NCBI GenBank assembly: GCA_030527235.1
Contig: JAUNBL010000003.1
Location: 31,065-95,064 of the forward strand
Length of the DNA stretch: 64,000 nt
Source of the DNA: Clostridia bacterium
Lineage (GTDB): Bacteria; Bacillota; Clostridia; UMGS1883
Direction: 5' to 3'
Positions 20,896 to 30,243 of this stretch are shown piece by piece. The position numbers and the translations under genes are program-made. The notes beneath the pieces are model-generated. The model saw only the letters and a program-made list of their open reading frames with translations, had not been told where the DNA came from and ran no database searches. Positions within the stretch are counted from its first letter, which is position 1; every line of letters begins with the position of its first letter.

Positions 20896-22062
20896 ATGCG
20901 ACGGACAATTAAAGCGCTATTTCTTACCTTGCTGCTGCTGTTTATTGCAACAACAGCTTTCGGAGCGCAGATTACTCCACAATTTCTCGCAAATGTTGCA
21001 AACGGAGGCTGTGATTGGACAGTGCTAAACATAGCCAGAAGTGAAGCGCGCGACAATTATGACGCATATATAAACGCACAACGCGAAAACGTAAGCGCCC
21101 GATACTCAGCAAACGGTGAATTTTCTTCATCCGTGACAGACACACAGCGTACCGTACTTGCTCTTGGAGCTGCGGGGGCAAATGTACGTGATTTCGGAGA
21201 GTACAACGGAGAAGCTATTGACCTTTTAGCTGATGCAACGTATAATATGAACCGTGATAGCGTTGACTGCCAGGGATTGACGAGCGCAGTTTACGGACTC
21301 TTGGCGTTGGACTGCGTAAGTACATTGGTGCCGTCAGATGCAAAGTTTACAAGGGAAGATTTTATCAACTCCATCATCTCTTACCGCCTTACCGACGGCG
21401 GCTTTACATACTGGGGTGAAAGCTATGACCCTGATATGACAGGCATGGTACTGCAGGCGCTTGCGCCTTATAAGGAGCAAGACAATGTAAAAGAAATAAT
21501 TGACAAGGCTGTGGAATTACTTGCGCAAAACCAGCTCGGAAATGGAGATTGTTCAAGCTGGGGCACGTCGAATCCCGAAAGCACCGCTCAGGTTTTGATT
21601 GCTCTTTGTGCGCTTGGCATCGATTATAGAACGGATGAACGATTTATAAAAAATTCCAATACGCTTTTAGACGGAATCGAAAAATACCGTCTGCCCGATG
21701 GCACATTTTCACATGAAGCAGGTGGTGATTCAAACTCTTTTGCCACGTACCAGGCAAACGCCGGCTTAATTGCAGCGGCGCGATTTGATGCGGGCAAGAC
21801 CTCTTTTTATAACTATGCAGACACAGCGGTTTGGCGTACAACGGCAAGTTTTGAGAATAATGTGGCGACAGTCTACAGCGATACAGCTACCGCTGCATAT
21901 TTCATTTCTGCCGAAATGGAAGATGATATTGTTAAAACGGTAAAGGTACAAAGTGTTGAACTGCAAAACGGAAAGAACGAATTTGCCGCTGAGTGCATAG
22001 GCTATGCTATGCTGCTCGACAAGCAAATGAGGCCACTTGTACGCCGTATAGAGGAAATATGA
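20896..22062 (+). CDS. secreted alpha/alpha-toroid protein with prenyltransferase/squalene-oxidase-type repeats, resembling the transcobalamin alpha-domain; putative cobalamin-binding component
   Basis: Signal peptide MRRTIKALFLTLLLLFIATTAFGA; repeated (T/P)DGGF / DGTF motifs typical of alpha6/alpha6 toroids; riboswitch-controlled; followed by DUF4430 gene. Confidence 0.5.
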   Translation: MRRTIKALFLTLLLLFIATTAFGAQITPQFLANVANGGCDWTVLNIARSEARDNYDAYINAQRENVSARYSANGEFSSSVTDTQRTVLALGAAGANVRDFGEYNGEAIDLLADATYNMNRDSVDCQGLTSAVYGLLALDCVSTLVPSDAKFTREDFINSIISYRLTDGGFTYWGESYDPDMTGMVLQALAPYKEQDNVKEIIDKAVELLAQNQLGNGDCSSWGTSNPESTAQVLIALCALGIDYRTDERFIKNSNTLLDGIEKYRLPDGTFSHEAGGDSNSFATYQANAGLIAAARFDAGKTSFYNYADTAVWRTTASFENNVATVYSDTATAAYFISAEMEDDIVKTVKVQSVELQNGKNEFAAECIGYAMLLDKQMRPLVRRIEEI

Positions 22063-22081
22063 CACGAAAGGAAGGGGTCTC

Positions 22082-22522
22082 ATGCTCAAATGGCTTGCCG
22101 ATACCGCAGTTGCAGGCGCGTTGATTGCAGCGCTGTTTACCCCCGTGGCTGATGTAAGTATTGATGAAATCATATACGAGCAATCGCCGTTTGCCACAGT
22201 AAGTGTTGAAGCATATACAGTAGGTGCAGACTATTTGCTTGAACCCACGGCTTTTGAAATTTTCCCAGGAGAGAATTGCGCCGAGTTTCTTGTTCGTGCA
22301 CTTGACGCTTCGGAAATAGAGTATACATATTCAGGCGCTGTCGATGAAGGATTTTATCTGCAGTCTATAGATGGTTACGGTGAGTTTACACACGGACCGA
22401 GGTCAGGCTGGCTGTATTTTTTGAATGATGAAATGCCATCCTACGGTATGACGGACATATTTCTTGACGAGGGAGATTGGATTCGTCTTGTGTATACTCT
22501 TTCGTGGGGAGATGACATATAG
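22082..22522 (+). CDS. DUF4430 domain protein (transcobalamin beta-domain-like), putative cobalamin-binding
   Basis: N-terminal hydrophobic anchor, GWLYFLNDEMP..DGDWIRLVY C-terminal motif characteristic of DUF4430; B12 riboswitch operon context. Confidence 0.6.
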   Translation: MLKWLADTAVAGALIAALFTPVADVSIDEIIYEQSPFATVSVEAYTVGADYLLEPTAFEIFPGENCAEFLVRALDASEIEYTYSGAVDEGFYLQSIDGYGEFTHGPRSGWLYFLNDEMPSYGMTDIFLDEGDWIRLVYTLSWGDDI

Positions 22523-22581
22523 AGAGACACATTTGACCTACGCGCTGAAGGCGCGCGGTTAACAATGCGGGGAGGAAAAAC

Positions 22582-23361
22582 ATGGGCAGCTCAAAGAAAA
22601 AGAACGTTGTGCTTTATATAATTCTTCGCCTGTTTGTATTGGCGATAATGGTGGTGCAGCTTTTACACGGGAATTATAGTAACGTGTTCTTATGCCTGCT
22701 GACGCTGATTCTGTTTATGATTCCCGTCATAATTGACCGGAAGTTTAACATCGAACTTCCGGGGACGCTTGAAATGATTATTGTCTTGTTCATCTTTTCT
22801 GCAGAGATATTGGGAGAAATACAAAATTTTTATAATATTATTCCGTATTGGGATATGATACTGCACACCATTAACGGGTTTATAATGGCGGCGATTGGGC
22901 TTGCTCTTATAGATATTTTGAACCAAAACCCCAACACGCATATAAATCTTTCTCCCGTATTCATTGTTTTGGTAGGGTTTTGTTTTTCGATGACAATAGG
23001 TGTTCTTTGGGAGTTTTTTGAGTTTGGTATGGACTCGGTTTTTCGCACCGATATGCAAAAGGACACGATTATAACGTCAATATCAAGTGTGGAGATAGAT
23101 GCGGCGCGCGACAATAATGCCGTTAAAATTGACTCAATAAAGAGTACGCGCATCATGTCAGATGGAGGCGCAACGGTCATTGACGGAGGTTATCTTGATA
23201 TTGGGCTTACAGACACTATGCAAGATTTGCTCGTTAACTTTTTAGGGGCTGTTCTCTTTTCATGCCTCGGCCTTTTCTATATTAAAAACCGTGGTAAGGG
23301 CAGTTTCTTAAAACGATTTATCCCGCGTAAGAGAAAGAGTAATGCACGATTAGAAAAATAA
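22582..23361 (+). CDS. multi-pass membrane protein of unknown family, third gene of the B12-riboswitch module
   Basis: At least five predicted TM helices then a polar segment and a final TM; no terminator between it and the DUF4430 gene; GGGGAGG RBS. Confidence 0.5.
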   Translation: MGSSKKKNVVLYIILRLFVLAIMVVQLLHGNYSNVFLCLLTLILFMIPVIIDRKFNIELPGTLEMIIVLFIFSAEILGEIQNFYNIIPYWDMILHTINGFIMAAIGLALIDILNQNPNTHINLSPVFIVLVGFCFSMTIGVLWEFFEFGMDSVFRTDMQKDTIITSISSVEIDAARDNNAVKIDSIKSTRIMSDGGATVIDGGYLDIGLTDTMQDLLVNFLGAVLFSCLGLFYIKNRGKGSFLKRFIPRKRKSNARLEK

Positions 23362-23397
23362 ATGCCGCAAGAAATTCACCTCCTTAAACACCGCCCC

Positions 23398-24150
23398 TTA
23401 TTGCAGCTGTCTTCCGGTGTGGTCAATTTTGTCGCTTGACGGAAAAATAAGATTTCCTACTGTGGAAAAAGTAAATCCCTTTTCTTCCAGATTATTTATG
23501 ATGTTTTCCAGAGCCGCTGCTGCATTTTTTGCACCTGTATGCATTAAAATAATGGAGCCGCTTTTGACACGAGACATTATGCGCTTTGGCATTTGCGCTT
23601 CGGAAAGTCCTTTCCAGTCAAGGCTGTCAACATCCCATTGAATACACTCTCGGCCGCTTTGACGCACGGTATTGACAACGCTGTTGTTGTAGTCGCCGCT
23701 CGGCACGCGGACCAGCTTTAACTCCTTGTCGATAACTTCTTTAATTGCACTGTCGCATTTGTCCATATCTGCAACTATTTCTGCATCTGAAAGCTGTGTA
23801 TACATAGTATGGTTGTAACTGTGGGAAGCTAATTCATGCCCGTCGGCATGAATTTTTTTTACGGCTTCAGGATATTTCTGTGCCCATGTACCGACAAGAA
23901 AAAATGTGCATTTGCAGTTATGATTTTTGAGCGTAGCCAAAATGGAGTCAATGTCGCCATCTTCCCATGCACAGTTAAAGGTCAGCGCAACCTTGTTGTC
24001 GCTGCGTTCAACGGAATAAATCGGAAGAATCTTCGGCGAAGTGGTTGCCTCCAGAACATTTTCTATTGAGAGCGGAAGCGCCACCACTGCCAAAACTGCG
24101 ATAAGTACAAACGTGAATATTGAATATTTGTCCATAACAAAAATTTTCAT
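23398..24150 (-). CDS. polysaccharide deacetylase family protein (PdaA-like, NodB homology domain)
   Basis: NodB motifs TFD-like (FNCAWEDGD), HSYNH, signal anchor; adjacent to cwlD. Confidence 0.7.
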   Translation of the reverse strand: MKIFVMDKYSIFTFVLIAVLAVVALPLSIENVLEATTSPKILPIYSVERSDNKVALTFNCAWEDGDIDSILATLKNHNCKCTFFLVGTWAQKYPEAVKKIHADGHELASHSYNHTMYTQLSDAEIVADMDKCDSAIKEVIDKELKLVRVPSGDYNNSVVNTVRQSGRECIQWDVDSLDWKGLSEAQMPKRIMSRVKSGSIILMHTGAKNAAAALENIINNLEEKGFTFSTVGNLIFPSSDKIDHTGRQLQ

Positions 24151-24860
24151 ATGCTTCCCTCCAAAACGGAATTGTAATATTTTATTATACCTGCGCAAAT
24201 TGCATCTGCAAGACGCACTTGATAAGTTTCGCTTAAAAGCAGCGCCTCCTCTTGCGTATTAGACATAAAACCGCATTCTACAATCACAGCAGGCATTGAA
24301 GCGTTTTTCATCAGGTAAAGCGATGAAGGGGCAGCCTTTGCCTGTCGCGTCTGGTTAGGAGGGTCTATTGCTCTTAGAGACTCCATAATGCTTTCTCCGA
24401 GCAGCGCAGACTGTGCAAATGTCTTTGAATACAGCACCTCTGCCCCGTAGTATGCCGAGGATGTAAAGTGATTCATGTGAATACTGACAAACATGTCGGC
24501 GTCCGTTTCACGCATTATTTTGAGCCGGTTTTGCATGTCGCTCCTTTTTTTGTTCTGCGCGCTTTCTTCATATATTCCGCGTTCGCTCTCACGTGTCATT
24601 GTCACAGAAAACCCCTGACTCACAAGTCGCTCGCGCAACACTGTCGCAACCGCAAGATTCAGCTCGCTCTCGGTTGTGTCCGTGGAACCTACAGCGCCGC
24701 CGTCAGGCGCGCCATGGCCTGCGTCAATAATAATGCGCCGAGTATTCTTGTGTACGAAACACTCAATTGGCATTTCTTTAGGCACACAAATTATGATTAG
24801 ACATAAAAGAGAAACGCATATCAGTAAAATAATTATTGCGCGTTGCAGTGTGATAAACAT
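24147..24860 (-). CDS. cwlD: N-acetylmuramoyl-L-alanine amidase CwlD-like (Amidase_3)
   Basis: IIDAGHG..GAVG motif, N-terminal TM anchor, GGGGTGGGG RBS before the ATG at 24860. Confidence 0.7.
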   Translation of the reverse strand: MFITLQRAIIILLICVSLLCLIIICVPKEMPIECFVHKNTRRIIIDAGHGAPDGGAVGSTDTTESELNLAVATVLRERLVSQGFSVTMTRESERGIYEESAQNKKRSDMQNRLKIMRETDADMFVSIHMNHFTSSAYYGAEVLYSKTFAQSALLGESIMESLRAIDPPNQTRQAKAAPSSLYLMKNASMPAVIVECGFMSNTQEEALLLSETYQVRLADAICAGIIKYYNSVLEGSI

Positions 24861-24927
24861 TAAATTTCCCCACCCCACAAAAAAATCCCCGATAACACAT
24901 TCTATTTGTGTGTTACCGGGGATATGT

Positions 24928-25479
24928 TTATTTCTTTGTCCCATATTTGAAGATTGAGAAAAGTCTTTGCTTAAAGTTTATCTTATGTTTGCCAAGTATA
25001 TAGCCAAATATGCAAAGTAGCATGTCAAAAATGCCAAAAAAAGGAATGAAATAGTCCGATGAAAAAACAGGAGAAAATACAGGAATGTTTATTCCGAAGA
25101 AAAGCTGCGGAACGTTTGCTTGTGCACCAGGTAAAAGAAGCGTGTAGGGCATGCCAAAAAGCCGCAGCAGTGTCAAAGAGTTCAGACGATAAAGAAACAA
25201 TGCAAGCAGCGCATGAAGAAAAGCGACAGCTGCGCCGACGGCTATTCCGTGTGCAACATTTATATCACTTTTGTCATAACTTTTATCATCGCTCGCGGCC
25301 ACGGAATAGCCCTCGCTCAACATGACCGACGCATAGCAAATAACAAGAAAGACGCCGTAGAGAACTTTACCCCAAGCGAACTTTACAAGCCATGCGAACA
25401 AAAACGATAGGGCGACGCAAATGAAGGCGAAAAAAACCTTCACCGCAAAAATTTTGAGCACGTGCTTTGCATAGCGCAT
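24928..25479 (-). CDS. hypothetical integral membrane protein
   Basis: Five or six hydrophobic helices, no recognised motif. Confidence 0.4.
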   Translation of the reverse strand: MRYAKHVLKIFAVKVFFAFICVALSFLFAWLVKFAWGKVLYGVFLVICYASVMLSEGYSVAASDDKSYDKSDINVAHGIAVGAAVAFLHALLALFLYRLNSLTLLRLFGMPYTLLLPGAQANVPQLFFGINIPVFSPVFSSDYFIPFFGIFDMLLCIFGYILGKHKINFKQRLFSIFKYGTKK

Positions 25480-25523
25480 AATTAGACCTCCGAAGTGAAT
25501 ATACTTTCAATAAAAGGAGTTGA

Positions 25524-26132
25524 ATGAGTGTGGAAAATAACGAGATAACATTGTGCGGGACAGTCGAAGAGGAGGCGGTATACAGCCATAACGTCCGCGA
25601 TGAAGCGTTTTATGTTTTCAAACTGCGTGTTCCCAGGCTAAGTGTAACTGACGACGTATTGCCCGTGACGCTCAGCGAGAAGCTGCTTTCGGAAAGCGAC
25701 ATAAAAGTTGGCAAGCGAATATGCGTTCACGGTCAGCTGAGGACATACAATAAACCGTCAGAAACAAGGCCGAAACTGATTCTCACAGTGTTTGCCCGCT
25801 ATATAACCGGGGAACAGGAGACCGAGAATCCAAATGACGTTATTTTGAACGGATATATATGTAAAAACCCTACATACAGAAAGACACCGTTCGGGCGTGA
25901 AATAACGGATTTATGTCTTGCTGTCAACCGTGCGTTCGGACGTTCGGATTACATTCCCGCAATAGCGTGGGGAAAAAATGCGCTCCGCACAAAGGATATG
26001 GAGGTTGGAACAAACATTATTGTGCGCGGAAGGCTGCAATCACGAGAATACAGTAAACGACTGGGCGAAAATGAATTTGAAACGCGGGTTGCGTACGAAG
26101 TATCCATAACGGATGTGGAAAACATTTCTTGA
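25524..26132 (+). CDS. SSB-like protein with tandem OB folds
   Basis: Two OB-fold-like repeats (ITLCGTV.., ILNGYICKNPTYRKTPFGREI..IVRGRLQSREY); no acidic C-terminal tail. Confidence 0.5.
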   Translation: MSVENNEITLCGTVEEEAVYSHNVRDEAFYVFKLRVPRLSVTDDVLPVTLSEKLLSESDIKVGKRICVHGQLRTYNKPSETRPKLILTVFARYITGEQETENPNDVILNGYICKNPTYRKTPFGREITDLCLAVNRAFGRSDYIPAIAWGKNALRTKDMEVGTNIIVRGRLQSREYSKRLGENEFETRVAYEVSITDVENIS

Positions 26133-26200
26133 ATATGATTTCAGTGCGGGGAAAACAATATGGTTGTAACCCGAAATCATATTAAAGGAGTAGTTTACAA

Positions 26201-26386
26201 ATGGCAAAGAATCTTACACCGCAGGCGAAAGCCGCGCTCAACAAGTTTAAGCTTGAAGCCGCGTCCGAAGTCGGAGTAACGCTTAACGAAGGATATAACG
26301 GCGACAAAACGAGCAAGGAAAACGGCAGCGTAGGCGGCCAGATGGTAAAGAAAATGATAATGCAATACGAGCAGAACATGCAGTAA
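26201..26386 (+). CDS. alpha/beta-type small acid-soluble spore protein
   Basis: KLEAASEVGV..GGQMVKKMI signature of alpha/beta small acid-soluble spore proteins; 61 aa. Confidence 0.85.
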   Translation: MAKNLTPQAKAALNKFKLEAASEVGVTLNEGYNGDKTSKENGSVGGQMVKKMIMQYEQNMQ

Positions 26387-26401
26387 AGCATTTCCCGTTA
26401 A

Positions 26402-26436
26402 GGGCCGGCACGCTGATACGTGCCGGTCTTTATTTG
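26402..26436 (+). terminator. rho-independent terminator (bidirectional, between the spore-protein gene and queG)
   Basis: ccggcacg/cgtgccgg stem then tctttatttg. Confidence 0.7.
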
Positions 26437-27230
26437 AAAATGTTAAGGTTGCGTATAAGCACATTCTTGCCGCGCCATGAAAAAGCGCGATTGCCGTAGC
26501 GGTTAAGGAATTCTTTGTTTGAAAGAGGTTCTATTTCAGAAAGGGAAATACTTTCTTTAATGTCAACGCAGAACTCTTTCATCGGAGAAAATGAAACGTT
26601 GTTATGCGGGCATACCTTCTGACAAATATCGCATCCAAACACGTATCCCGAACGGTGTAAAATTTCCGCTTCGTCATCGGTCAGCCGGCCTCGTTTTTGT
26701 GATATATATGAAGCGCAGCGCAGAGCGTCCAAACCGTCGTTGAGAGCTGTGCCGGGGCAGCTCTTGACGCACATCCCACAGTTTGCGCAGCCTCCCTTTA
26801 ACGGGGGGTCTGTCGGCAAATCTAAATCTGTGCGAATATAACCTATAAAAAAGTATGTCCCGTAAAGCGGCGAAATAACAAGCGCATTTTTCCCCTGAAT
26901 ACCAATGCCGGCAGCCACAGCAAGTTTCTTTTCCACGGGTGCGCCCACATCGGTAAAACAAGCCGCCTTTTGCGCGCCTATCTCGTTACGTAAAAAGTGA
27001 GCGGTTTTTTCAAGCTTGTCTTTCACAATAACGTGATAGTCGAGACACTGTGTATAATACGACAGATTGCCGGTGCGATTGAGTGCGGAACAGTAATAGG
27101 GGAAAGCGCACATTATACAGGTATCTGCACCATCAAGAGTAATCCCCACACTTTCAACACCTTCTTCTCGGAGAAAAGCAAGAAGCTTGTTCTTATCTGA
27201 TTGAGGCTGTTGCAATGCTGACACTTTCAC
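26430..27230 (-). CDS. queG: epoxyqueuosine reductase QueG
   Basis: Two 4Fe-4S ferredoxin motifs (CANCGMCVKSCP, CDICQKVCP) in a QueG-length protein. Confidence 0.8.
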   Translation of the reverse strand: MKVSALQQPQSDKNKLLAFLREEGVESVGITLDGADTCIMCAFPYYCSALNRTGNLSYYTQCLDYHVIVKDKLEKTAHFLRNEIGAQKAACFTDVGAPVEKKLAVAAGIGIQGKNALVISPLYGTYFFIGYIRTDLDLPTDPPLKGGCANCGMCVKSCPGTALNDGLDALRCASYISQKRGRLTDDEAEILHRSGYVFGCDICQKVCPHNNVSFSPMKEFCVDIKESISLSEIEPLSNKEFLNRYGNRAFSWRGKNVLIRNLNIFK

Positions 27231-27942
27231 ACCCCATTTTTATCAAAAGTATAGAACACGCTGCACAGGTTGCGCCGGTTGTGTAGATATCGTCAACCAA
27301 AAGTGCGTTCCCGCCGAGCTTCAAGTCCGATATCGGAGCGAAAGAGCGTTTCGCATTTTCATATCTCTGGGCAAGGGAAAGCTCAGACTGGCGCAGCGAA
27401 TCGTCTTTACGGACAAGCGTTGGAATACACTCCTTGCCGAGAAGTTCCGCAAGAATGCGTGCAATAAGCTCAGATTGGTTATATTCGCGTTCACGCATTC
27501 TTGCAGAGGAAATCGGAACGAAAGTGACAAAATCCATTTCAGTGAGCGCGTCTTGCTCAACAATATTGCGGAAGATAAGATAGGCAAAGGCAGTGCAGAG
27601 CGACGGGTCGTTGTTAAATTTCATTTTAATCAGCGCCTCGCGCACATCTCCCTTGTATAACAGAGGAACAAAGTTTTTCTTAAAAACATATTTGCGGCTG
27701 AGACAGGTATGACATATCGGCAGAGAAAACTCACTGCGCAGCTCGCCCGAACAGCGCATACACAGTCTGCCTGAGGGTCGCGGGAGAGAATTTTCGCAGT
27801 CTTCGCATATGCCGTGCTTTTCGTTGGGGTTCATAATTTTGCCGCAAAACGCGCAGCGAGGAGGGAAGAGCAGGCTTGACACAAATTCCCATGCGCGTTT
27901 TGTAAGATACTTAGCCTTGGATTTTTGCTGCGGCATCTTCAA
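27193..27942 (-). CDS. comFC: ComF family protein (ComFC, phosphoribosyltransferase-like)
   Basis: N-terminal Zn-finger CxxC..CxxC, C-terminal PRTase motif LLVDDIYTTGAT. Confidence 0.75.
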   Translation of the reverse strand: MKMPQQKSKAKYLTKRAWEFVSSLLFPPRCAFCGKIMNPNEKHGICEDCENSLPRPSGRLCMRCSGELRSEFSLPICHTCLSRKYVFKKNFVPLLYKGDVREALIKMKFNNDPSLCTAFAYLIFRNIVEQDALTEMDFVTFVPISSARMREREYNQSELIARILAELLGKECIPTLVRKDDSLRQSELSLAQRYENAKRSFAPISDLKLGGNALLVDDIYTTGATCAACSILLIKMGCESVSIATASIR

Positions 27943-30196
27943 ATCTCCTTTTCAGCATACTGTATCTATCCGTAATACGGTTGTTGTCAACCATGCGGCG
28001 AATTGTATCCTCACTGCCGACAAGCACCACCATTTCACGCGCACGCGTAATGGCTGTGTAAAGCAGATTGCGAACCATAAGCATTGGTGCAGTAGGAGAT
28101 ACCGGAATTATTACTGCACGAAACTCACAGCCTTGGCTTTTGTGTACAGTGAGAGCGTACGCCAATTCAAGATTGTCTGTTTCTGCGAAGTCGTATTCGA
28201 CAATTCTTTCATCTTCAAATTCTACACGCATTAAATGGTCGCGGTTTGATATTGCCGCGATGACACCTATATCGCCGTTATATATTCCGTGCCCTTCGTC
28301 CGAACCATCTTTTTTTGTCCAAAGTATGTCGTAGTTGTTCTTAATCTGTATGACTTTATCTCCCTCGCGAAAACGCGAAAGCTCTCCGCCCTTTTCCTCC
28401 TTATCCTCCGCAGGGGGATTCAGCACCTCCTGTAGCCGCGCGTTTAACGACTCAACACCGTACGCGCCTTTGCGAGAAGGACATAGCACTTGTAAATCCC
28501 AGAGCGTACTGTAGTCATAGGTGCGCGGAAGGCGGACGCTCGCAAGTTCCGTTACGGTGGCGGCTGTGTCGGCGGCGCAGCGTGAAAGAAAGAAAAAATC
28601 TTTTGCTCGTTCGCTCAGTATTGGCATTTCGCCGTTGTTAATGCGGTGCGCATTGGTAACTATAAGACTTTCGCGCGCTTGGCGAAAAACTTCGCACAGG
28701 CGAACGATGGGGAAAACCTCGGAGCCAATTATATCTCGGAGCACATTTCCCGCTCCGACAGACGGCAGCTGGTCAACGTCTCCCACCATTATCAGACGCG
28801 AACCGCTGCGCATAGCACGAAGGAGTGAAGCCAGTATCGTTATATCCACCATACTCATCTCGTCCACAATTACAGCGTCGGCATCAAGCGGATTCTCTTC
28901 GTTGCGTGCGAAAACAGTTCCTGTACCGTCGTTCATATCAACCTCAAGCAGTCTATGAAGCGTTTTGGCCTCACAGCCGCACGTTTCACTCATCCGTTTT
29001 GCCGCCTTACCGGTAGGTGCGGCAAGACTGACATGAAGAGAGGCGTTTGTCATAATTTTGAGCAAAACGTTAATTATTGTGGTTTTACCGGTTCCGGGGC
29101 CGCCGGTGATAACAAGGACACCGTTTTCAATACCTGCTCTGACCGCGCGTTCCTGCTCAGACGAAAGCTCAACGCTGCAGTCACGGCAAGTGCATTTAAT
29201 CAAAGCGTCCGCATTGGGAATTTCAATCGGATGCGACATGGCGAGCCTGACTAAGCGTTCCGCTGCGGCAATTTCCATATTGTAAAAAAGAGGAAGATAG
29301 CACATGTCTTCGCTTACAATTAAATGCCCTTCAAGCAGCATTTGGGTGATGGCGTTCTCTATATCGAACAGTTCACAGCCTAAAAGCGACGCGCAATAAG
29401 GGATAAGCGGCTCACGTGGATAGCAAGTATGTCCGTTTTGTACTGCTGACGAAAGCGCGTATTTAATTCCTCCGCAGATACGTGCGGGATGAGTGGGACT
29501 GATTCCCATTGAAACGGCGATTTTGTCTGCGGTCTTGAATCCGATGCCTTCAATGTCATCGCAAAGAATAAACGGATTTTCGCGGACAATGTCAATGGCA
29601 AGCTGTCCGTATCTATTATGTATTTTTAGCGACAAGGTTGGGGAAATCCCAAACTGCTGAAAGAACATTACTGTCTGTGATGCTTCCTGACGCAGTAAAA
29701 ATGATTCTGAAATTTTTTGTGCCCGCTTGGGAGATATTCCCTTGACCTTCGTAAGCGCAAGCGGGTTAGTCCTTATAATGTCAAATGTTTCATCACCGAA
29801 AGTATCCACAATCTTGCGGGCGGTAGCAGAGCGAATTCCGCTTATGATTCCTGAAGCAAGATATGTGTATATAGCTTCGCTTGTCTCGGGCAGCGTATGC
29901 TGAACGCTCACAACGGAAAACTGCTCGCCGTAGTCCGGGTGTGTGGTCCAGCTTCCGGTGAGGCGTACGGTTTCACCCGCGCAGACAAACGGCATTTTCC
30001 CCACGGCGGTTATAAGAGTTCCCTCAAATACAACCTCACATACCGTGAACAATGTGTCGCTGCTCTGATAACGTATCTCGTGTATTTCACCATCAATAGT
30101 TATATGTGACATTTCACAACTCCGTTTATGCAATAATCTTATTTTCCAAAGAATGTATAATACTGCTGCCGAAAGAAAAAAGCTCAGAAAATACAT
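27911..30196 (-). CDS. recD2: RecD2-like SF1B ATP-dependent DNA helicase
   Basis: Walker A ITGGPGTGKTT, HhH N-domain, SH3 and C-terminal helicase motifs; 761 aa. Confidence 0.85.
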   Translation of the reverse strand: MYFLSFFLSAAVLYILWKIRLLHKRSCEMSHITIDGEIHEIRYQSSDTLFTVCEVVFEGTLITAVGKMPFVCAGETVRLTGSWTTHPDYGEQFSVVSVQHTLPETSEAIYTYLASGIISGIRSATARKIVDTFGDETFDIIRTNPLALTKVKGISPKRAQKISESFLLRQEASQTVMFFQQFGISPTLSLKIHNRYGQLAIDIVRENPFILCDDIEGIGFKTADKIAVSMGISPTHPARICGGIKYALSSAVQNGHTCYPREPLIPYCASLLGCELFDIENAITQMLLEGHLIVSEDMCYLPLFYNMEIAAAERLVRLAMSHPIEIPNADALIKCTCRDCSVELSSEQERAVRAGIENGVLVITGGPGTGKTTIINVLLKIMTNASLHVSLAAPTGKAAKRMSETCGCEAKTLHRLLEVDMNDGTGTVFARNEENPLDADAVIVDEMSMVDITILASLLRAMRSGSRLIMVGDVDQLPSVGAGNVLRDIIGSEVFPIVRLCEVFRQARESLIVTNAHRINNGEMPILSERAKDFFFLSRCAADTAATVTELASVRLPRTYDYSTLWDLQVLCPSRKGAYGVESLNARLQEVLNPPAEDKEEKGGELSRFREGDKVIQIKNNYDILWTKKDGSDEGHGIYNGDIGVIAAISNRDHLMRVEFEDERIVEYDFAETDNLELAYALTVHKSQGCEFRAVIIPVSPTAPMLMVRNLLYTAITRAREMVVLVGSEDTIRRMVDNNRITDRYSMLKRRFEDAAAKIQG

Positions 30197-30243
30197 ATAA
30201 AATCACCCCGGTAACACACTATGTCAACGGGGCGAATAATGTA

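Noticed and set aside
28521-29285. Plus-strand ORFs inside recD2
   Set aside because: Antisense to a helicase gene with intact Walker motifs.
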